A stretch of 64,000 nt of DNA, from positions 12,315-76,314 of the forward strand of contig JAZDJN010000032.1 of the NCBI GenBank assembly GCA_043803945.1. Direction: 5' to 3'. Made by a program: the position numbers and the translations under genes. The stretch comes from a bacterium (GTDB taxonomy: Bacteria; Bacteroidota; Ignavibacteria; UBA10030). Position 1 is the first letter of the stretch. Every line of letters starts with the position of its first letter. Shown here in pieces: positions 59,144 to 64,000 of the stretch. Under the pieces are notes generated by a model, which saw only the letters and a program-made list of their open reading frames with translations, did no database searches and was not told the DNA's origin.

Positions 59144-59827
59144 ATGCCTACAATTCTACTTGTTGAAGACGAAGAAGCAATGCTCAAAGGCCTGCGCGAT
59201 GCTTTTGAGCACAATGGTTTTACTGTGCTGGCTGCGAAGGACGGTGAAACCGGCCTGCGACTCGCCGAAGACCATGAGCCGGATATTATCATCCTGGATG
59301 TGATGCTGACGCGGATTGACGGATTCGACGTTTGCCGCACGCTGAGGAAGCGCGGGGTCGCGGTTCCCATAATCATGTTGACTGCTCGTGCTGAAGAGGT
59401 TGACAAGGTGGTGGGGCTTGAGATCGGGGCAGACGATTACGTCACCAAGCCTTTCAGCATGCGTGAGCTCCTGGCGCGTGTCAAAGCGCATCTGCGGCGA
59501 ACAACGGAGAAAGTGATAACACTCGACCATTACGAGTTCGGCAATGTCAAATTGGATTTTGCCGCATTCAAAGCTTTCAAAAACAAAAAGCAGATTGACC
59601 TGACCTCTACAGAATTTTCACTCCTCAAGGTTTTGATCAAACATCGCAATGAGGTGATCCCTCGTGAAAAGATTCTGAACGAAGTATGGGGATATGAGAC
59701 GTATCCGAGTTCTCGCACAGTCGACAATCATATCCTCAACTTGCGCCAGAAGCTCGAAGATAATCCGCAGAAGCCGGAGTACATACTTACGGTTCATGGG
59801 TTGGGATACAAGTTTGTGGGAAAGTGA
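59144..59827 (+). CDS. OmpR/PhoB-family response regulator
   Basis: RBS aggag; ILLVEDE, LDVML, MLTAR, GADDYVTKPF; wHTH RTVDNHILNLRQKLE...VHGLGYKF. Confidence 0.96.
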   Translation: MPTILLVEDEEAMLKGLRDAFEHNGFTVLAAKDGETGLRLAEDHEPDIIILDVMLTRIDGFDVCRTLRKRGVAVPIIMLTARAEEVDKVVGLEIGADDYVTKPFSMRELLARVKAHLRRTTEKVITLDHYEFGNVKLDFAAFKAFKNKKQIDLTSTEFSLLKVLIKHRNEVIPREKILNEVWGYETYPSSRTVDNHILNLRQKLEDNPQKPEYILTVHGLGYKFVGK

Positions 59828-60045
59828 TTAAAAGAAAGTGAGATGGTAGAAGGGAGACGATAGATGAAAGACGGGAAACGGGAGAAGGGAGACGGAAAAT
59901 TAGAAACGTGCGAGAGGAAAACTGCATGAACTTTTGGCGTTTTTGGCGGTCTTGGTGGTTCATCCTACAAGCTGGGAGGGAGTTGCACTCCCGACCTTAC
60001 CAGGAGAGACGAGAGATGAGAGATGAAAAATGATTCAGAGAATCT

Positions 60046-60195
60046 TCTCTCTTAGAACGACTGAGTCCCGCCGAACATTAATAGGGAAAGACCCTGGGAC
60101 TAGGAGGGAGGTCCACCTCCTCTCTTCTAGAGCGACAGTGTCTCGCCGAGCATTAATAAGGAAAGACCCTAAGACTGGGAGGGAGGTCCATCTCC
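60046..60195 (+). repeat. Imperfect tandem duplication, 75-bp period, inside a purine-rich low-complexity spacer
   Basis: cattaata(g/a)ggaaagaccct...gggaggtcca(c/t)ctcc occurs at about 60076 and 60151. Confidence 0.7.
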
Positions 60196-60293
60196 CGGCC
60201 TTAACAGGAAAGCAGATAAGACGTGAGGCGACAGAAGTGAGATGGAGAGGAAATCTGCGTTAAATTCTTTTTCATCAGTCTCCCAGATAATTC

Positions 60294-60331
60294 TTGACAT
60301 GAAATTGACAATCATTTACATCGATCGGACA
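60294..60331 (+). promoter_or_regulatory. OmpR/PhoB-type direct-repeat boxes upstream of the TPR/propeller gene
   Basis: TTGACA 60294, TTGACA 60305, TTTACA 60315, CGGACA 60326 (period 11/10/11). Confidence 0.65.
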
Positions 60332-60404
60332 ATGGCAGGTAAGCCATAAAGTATATTGTAGTGAACTTAATTCACTACAAGCGAACCGTTTGAGGAGATA
60401 CTCC

Positions 60405-62447
60405 ATGAAAAGAATCGCGGGAATCTTTCTGCTTGCACTGGCGCTGTGCGCTCCGATAGCAATCGCTACTGCACAGCAAAACAAGGCCGAGCAGATGTAC
60501 CAACAGGCGTTGTATGAAATGGAAGGGAAGGGGGACTATGCAAAGGCCATCGAGTCGCTCAAGCAGCTTATGACTCAATTCCCCAAAGAGAAAACGACCG
60601 CGGCAAAGGCGCTGCTGAATATTGGCCGTTGCTATGAAAAGCTGGGCAGTGCAGAGGCCCACAAGGCCTACGAGCGCGTGGTGCGCGACTTCGCCGACCA
60701 GGCCGAGATTGTAGCACAGGCGCGTGTGAGGCTGGCGGCACTTGGCGGTCCCGGTGGCGCCGGGGGGCTCGTCACACGCCGGGTTCTCACAGACGCCTCC
60801 GGCGTCGATGGGATCTTAACCCCGGATGGCAAGTACATCAGGCGCCTGGAACAGAGAACGGGTGACGTCGTCCAGTTCGACGTTGAGAGCGGTCAGACGA
60901 GCCGCATCAGCAACAAGGGACTACAAAGCAAGAGGTTGTATTACGTCGAGGGCTACGCGTTCTCGCGCGACGGAAAACAAATCGCATTCGACATCGAAAC
61001 CTTTGACTCGACTAAGAAGAGTTGGGGCAATCAGCTACGGATTAGAAACCAGGACGGCTCGAACCTCCGAATCCTCTACAGCGAGACCGCTGTCCAGCCG
61101 TTCGACTGGTCGCCTGACGCAGGGTCCATACTTTCACTACGCAACGTATCCGGCGAGGCGAACAATCAACTGGTGCTCATTGCGACAGCCGACGGCTCGG
61201 TGCGCGTCCTGAGGAATATCGCGGCGGCCTGGTACATGTTGACGAAAGCCAGGTTCTCGCCCGATGGGAGATATATCGCATTCAGTCTGGTGAATGAGGG
61301 CCGCCCGGCCCACGGCGACCTCTATGTAATGACCACTGATGGTCGCAATGAGGTGGTGGTCGCCGGGCATCCCGCTGAAGACCAGTTGCTCGATTGGACG
61401 CCGGACGGGAATAGCCTGCTCTTCCTCAGCGACCGATCAGGGACGTGGGACATCTGGACCATCCGCATCACCGGGGGGAAACAGCAGGGAGAACCGGAAC
61501 TCCTGAAGAAAGACTTCGGCAGGTACTCACAGGTTCTTGGCTTTGCACCCGACGGTTCTCTCTATTACAGGACGATCACTCCCTCAGGTCGCCTCTACTT
61601 CGGTGAGATCGACATCGAGACGGGCAAGGTGCTCGTGCCGCCCGCGCCGGTCACGACAAGGTATAACGGTCCCCCGGCAAGGATATCATGGTCACCCAAC
61701 GGCAGGAGCTTGCTCTACGTTTCGCTCGGACTTGCCATCGGTAACGGGAACAACAACCTCACGATCCGGTCCACCGAAACCGGGGAAGAGCGATTCCTGT
61801 CCACCAGTCTTCGCAACGTGTGGGATATCTGCTGGGCGCCCGATAGCCGTACTCTCCTCGCCTGGGGGATGACGGTGGGGGGCAACGCCCAGTTCCGGGT
61901 TGACGCTGAAACAGGTGGGATCACCAAGCTGGCAAATGGTCGCTGGGCCCCCAGGATCTCCCGGGATGACAAGATCATGGTGTTTATGGCTGGGGGTGGG
62001 ATCAGAAGGCGCAACCTCGACACCGGTGAGGAGTCGGCTATTGAAAAAGTAGGAACAAGCTCTTATGCCGACGTCTCGCCGGACGGGCGGGAAATTGTGT
62101 TCCAGAAGGATAGCTCTATAAAGATCGTGTCCCTCAACGGAGGGGAGCCACGGGAGCTATTTCGCAGCTTGCAGTACAACGTGCTGAGGTGGACGATGGA
62201 CGGTCGCTACATCATTGCTCAGGCCCTCGATAACACGACGGGACGATACGCCGCGAGCAGTGCAATCTGGATGATTCCGGTGCAGGGCGGGACGCCGTTG
62301 AGACTGGACCTCAACATCCCGAAAATGGAAAACTTCGCGCTTCATCCCGACAACCGCCACTTTGCATTCAGTGTCAATGAGGGTGCCAAGAACGAGCTGT
62401 GGGTGATGGAAAACTTCTTACCGAAGGAGGTTCGAGAAAAAAAGTGA
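60405..62447 (+). CDS. Secreted protein with N-terminal TPRs and TolB/PD40-like beta-propellers
   Basis: RBS gaggag; signal peptide; AKALLNIGRCYEKLG TPR; repeated FSRDGK, WSPD, FSPDGR, WTPDG, WSPNGR, VSPDGR. Confidence 0.88.
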   Translation: MKRIAGIFLLALALCAPIAIATAQQNKAEQMYQQALYEMEGKGDYAKAIESLKQLMTQFPKEKTTAAKALLNIGRCYEKLGSAEAHKAYERVVRDFADQAEIVAQARVRLAALGGPGGAGGLVTRRVLTDASGVDGILTPDGKYIRRLEQRTGDVVQFDVESGQTSRISNKGLQSKRLYYVEGYAFSRDGKQIAFDIETFDSTKKSWGNQLRIRNQDGSNLRILYSETAVQPFDWSPDAGSILSLRNVSGEANNQLVLIATADGSVRVLRNIAAAWYMLTKARFSPDGRYIAFSLVNEGRPAHGDLYVMTTDGRNEVVVAGHPAEDQLLDWTPDGNSLLFLSDRSGTWDIWTIRITGGKQQGEPELLKKDFGRYSQVLGFAPDGSLYYRTITPSGRLYFGEIDIETGKVLVPPAPVTTRYNGPPARISWSPNGRSLLYVSLGLAIGNGNNNLTIRSTETGEERFLSTSLRNVWDICWAPDSRTLLAWGMTVGGNAQFRVDAETGGITKLANGRWAPRISRDDKIMVFMAGGGIRRRNLDTGEESAIEKVGTSSYADVSPDGREIVFQKDSSIKIVSLNGGEPRELFRSLQYNVLRWTMDGRYIIAQALDNTTGRYAASSAIWMIPVQGGTPLRLDLNIPKMENFALHPDNRHFAFSVNEGAKNELWVMENFLPKEVREKK

Positions 62448-62667
62448 AAAGAGTGACGAGCAGTACGTCACATTCTCGCTTGGTGGGACCATCTCGTTAT
62501 ATGAAGGGATGTGTGTGAGTCATGAAATGGAGCGACTATGATTCGTAAAAGACGATCAAGACGGATAAGCCGATAGCTTTCTGGCACCTAGCCTTTTGGA
62601 GTCTCGACAGCACTGAGATTATCAGTCATCCCGAGAGCAGCTTCGTTGGACTTACCTAGCGCGCCTG

Positions 62668-64000
62668 CTAGGAAGCCAGTTGACAACCCCCTGTTTTGAT
62701 AGTAACCGGGGAATGAAGTCGGGTTCTTGATGACCCGACGGAAGAAAGTGTGCCATAACTCATCCTCGATCGACTTCGGAGGACCGAAGCAAGGATTAGG
62801 GTGAGGACAAAGAAAATAAAAAGACTGTTTTGTGTCTGAGAGGCCATCAGCGTCAAATTGGCCAATGCAGCTGCCATTGCAAACTGAAAGAGCACCTTGG
62901 AAGAACCGAAGTAGCGAGCTTTGCGGGCACCGAAGCGCATGAGCCTGGCGATCCGGTGCTCGACTACAACTCGTGTTCTGTAAATCGTGCGGAAGATGTC
63001 TGTTCTTTGGAAAACCTTAGCATCGGTGACGAGGCCTTCGTGCTCATGCACGAGCACCGACCGGTAAGGCGTTGTCTGTTTCAGGCACTGAGTCCGCAAT
63101 GTGCAGGCGCCGCATTGTTTGGGCGCGAAGCGATAACTCTGATACGCGAACGTTCGCCCTGTGCGCTTTTTCTCCGTGCGTCGAGAGTAGGTCTGCGTCA
63201 CCTCTCCGGCAGGACAGCGGACCTCTGAGTGCTCGATGTCGATGTGGAAGTCTTCCTTGGTGAAGCGTCCAGTACGGGGCAGCTGAGCTACGGGTGCAAC
63301 GAGCGTGTATGGTATCTCTGCTTCCTGAGCATCAAGCCGTGCTTCGATTGTGCCGTATGCGCCATCACCGATGACGGTCGTGACGCTCAGTCCGGTCTTC
63401 TCGGCACTCTCGTCTATCAACGCCTGGGCATCCTGGCTGTCATGGGCGTTAGCCGGGATGAGATCGACAGCAGTGATGATCTGACTCGACGGTTCGACAG
63501 CCAGAGCGCCCTTGTAGCCGTTAAAGCATTGGCTCACGCTTTTTCGGCCGTGACGCATCTCGGTGTCGTGCACACTGACGATGCGGTCTTGGGCTACACC
63601 TTGCGTGATTTTCGCCGCACCCGTATTGGTCCGTTCTACATCCTGGGCGAGTAAGCGCCGTAGGAGACTGCTGGCCTTAACGACTTCGATGGACTCGGGA
63701 CTTTCTTGAGTCAAGTCTGTGAGTGCTTCCCGAGCAAGAACGAGCGTCCGTTCACAGTCGGCGACCAGGCAGTCGAGTACACTTTGGCGCTCGTCGGGAT
63801 TATCCCAGTTGATGGAGGCAAAGCTACCCTTGAAACTCTTGGCCACGACGTAGCGACCGAGGTCATGGCCTGTGGCAAACTCCTCGGCACTCTCGTGAGC
63901 AAATGCACAGAGCGCATTGATGAGCAGGCGCAAAGCCTCTGCCAGCATGTTATAGGTATCTTCGACTGCGCCACGTCCGAACATCGGTGTCGTATCCAGG
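62668..64000 (-). mobile_element. IS1182-like DDE transposase (5' end outside the window)
   Basis: LDTTP at the window edge; IVSVHDTEMRHGRKS...FNGYK, GDGAYG, CPAG...C..C.LR..C, YRTRVVVEHRIA. Confidence 0.85.

Overview
Bacterial DNA, most likely Ignavibacteria-like (FCB group), judged from several T9SS C-terminal sorting domains (NYPNPFNPST). 1-8.9 kb is housekeeping: obgE, a FecCD permease, an MFS transporter, a DUF4199-like protein, an M28 peptidase and a DinG/YoaA helicase, ending at an initiator tRNA-Met with a consensus sigma70 promoter. Downstream lies a mosaic accessory region. It carries degenerate copies of the tRNA 3' end and terminator (about 9.0, 19.4 and 22.6 kb) and six same-orientation, differently deleted relics of one TGT...ACA-ended rve-type IS. 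The relics separate cargo blocks: membrane proteins, a pseudo tRNA-Ser plus a GH106-like enzyme, a SEC-C protein plus an esterase, two broken AbiEi/AbiEii toxin-antitoxin pairs, a TetR-TolC-MFP-RND operon and an orphan secreted protein. The largest block (31.3-55.4 kb) sits between two MITE-sized relics and is a LacI-controlled, probable beta-1,2-glucan utilisation locus: two CBM9-like T9SS proteins, a TonB-dependent receptor, a 1099-aa T9SS-type protein, a PorV/PorQ-like barrel, GH94, two GH144, GH2 and a CUT1 ABC transporter. It has no SusD, and the TBDR / large T9SS protein / PorV triad is the best candidate here for an undescribed system. The window ends with a histidine kinase / OmpR regulator / TPR-beta-propeller module with shared direct-repeat boxes, and a partial IS1182-like transposase. 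All family calls come from motifs recognised by eye; no database searches were run.
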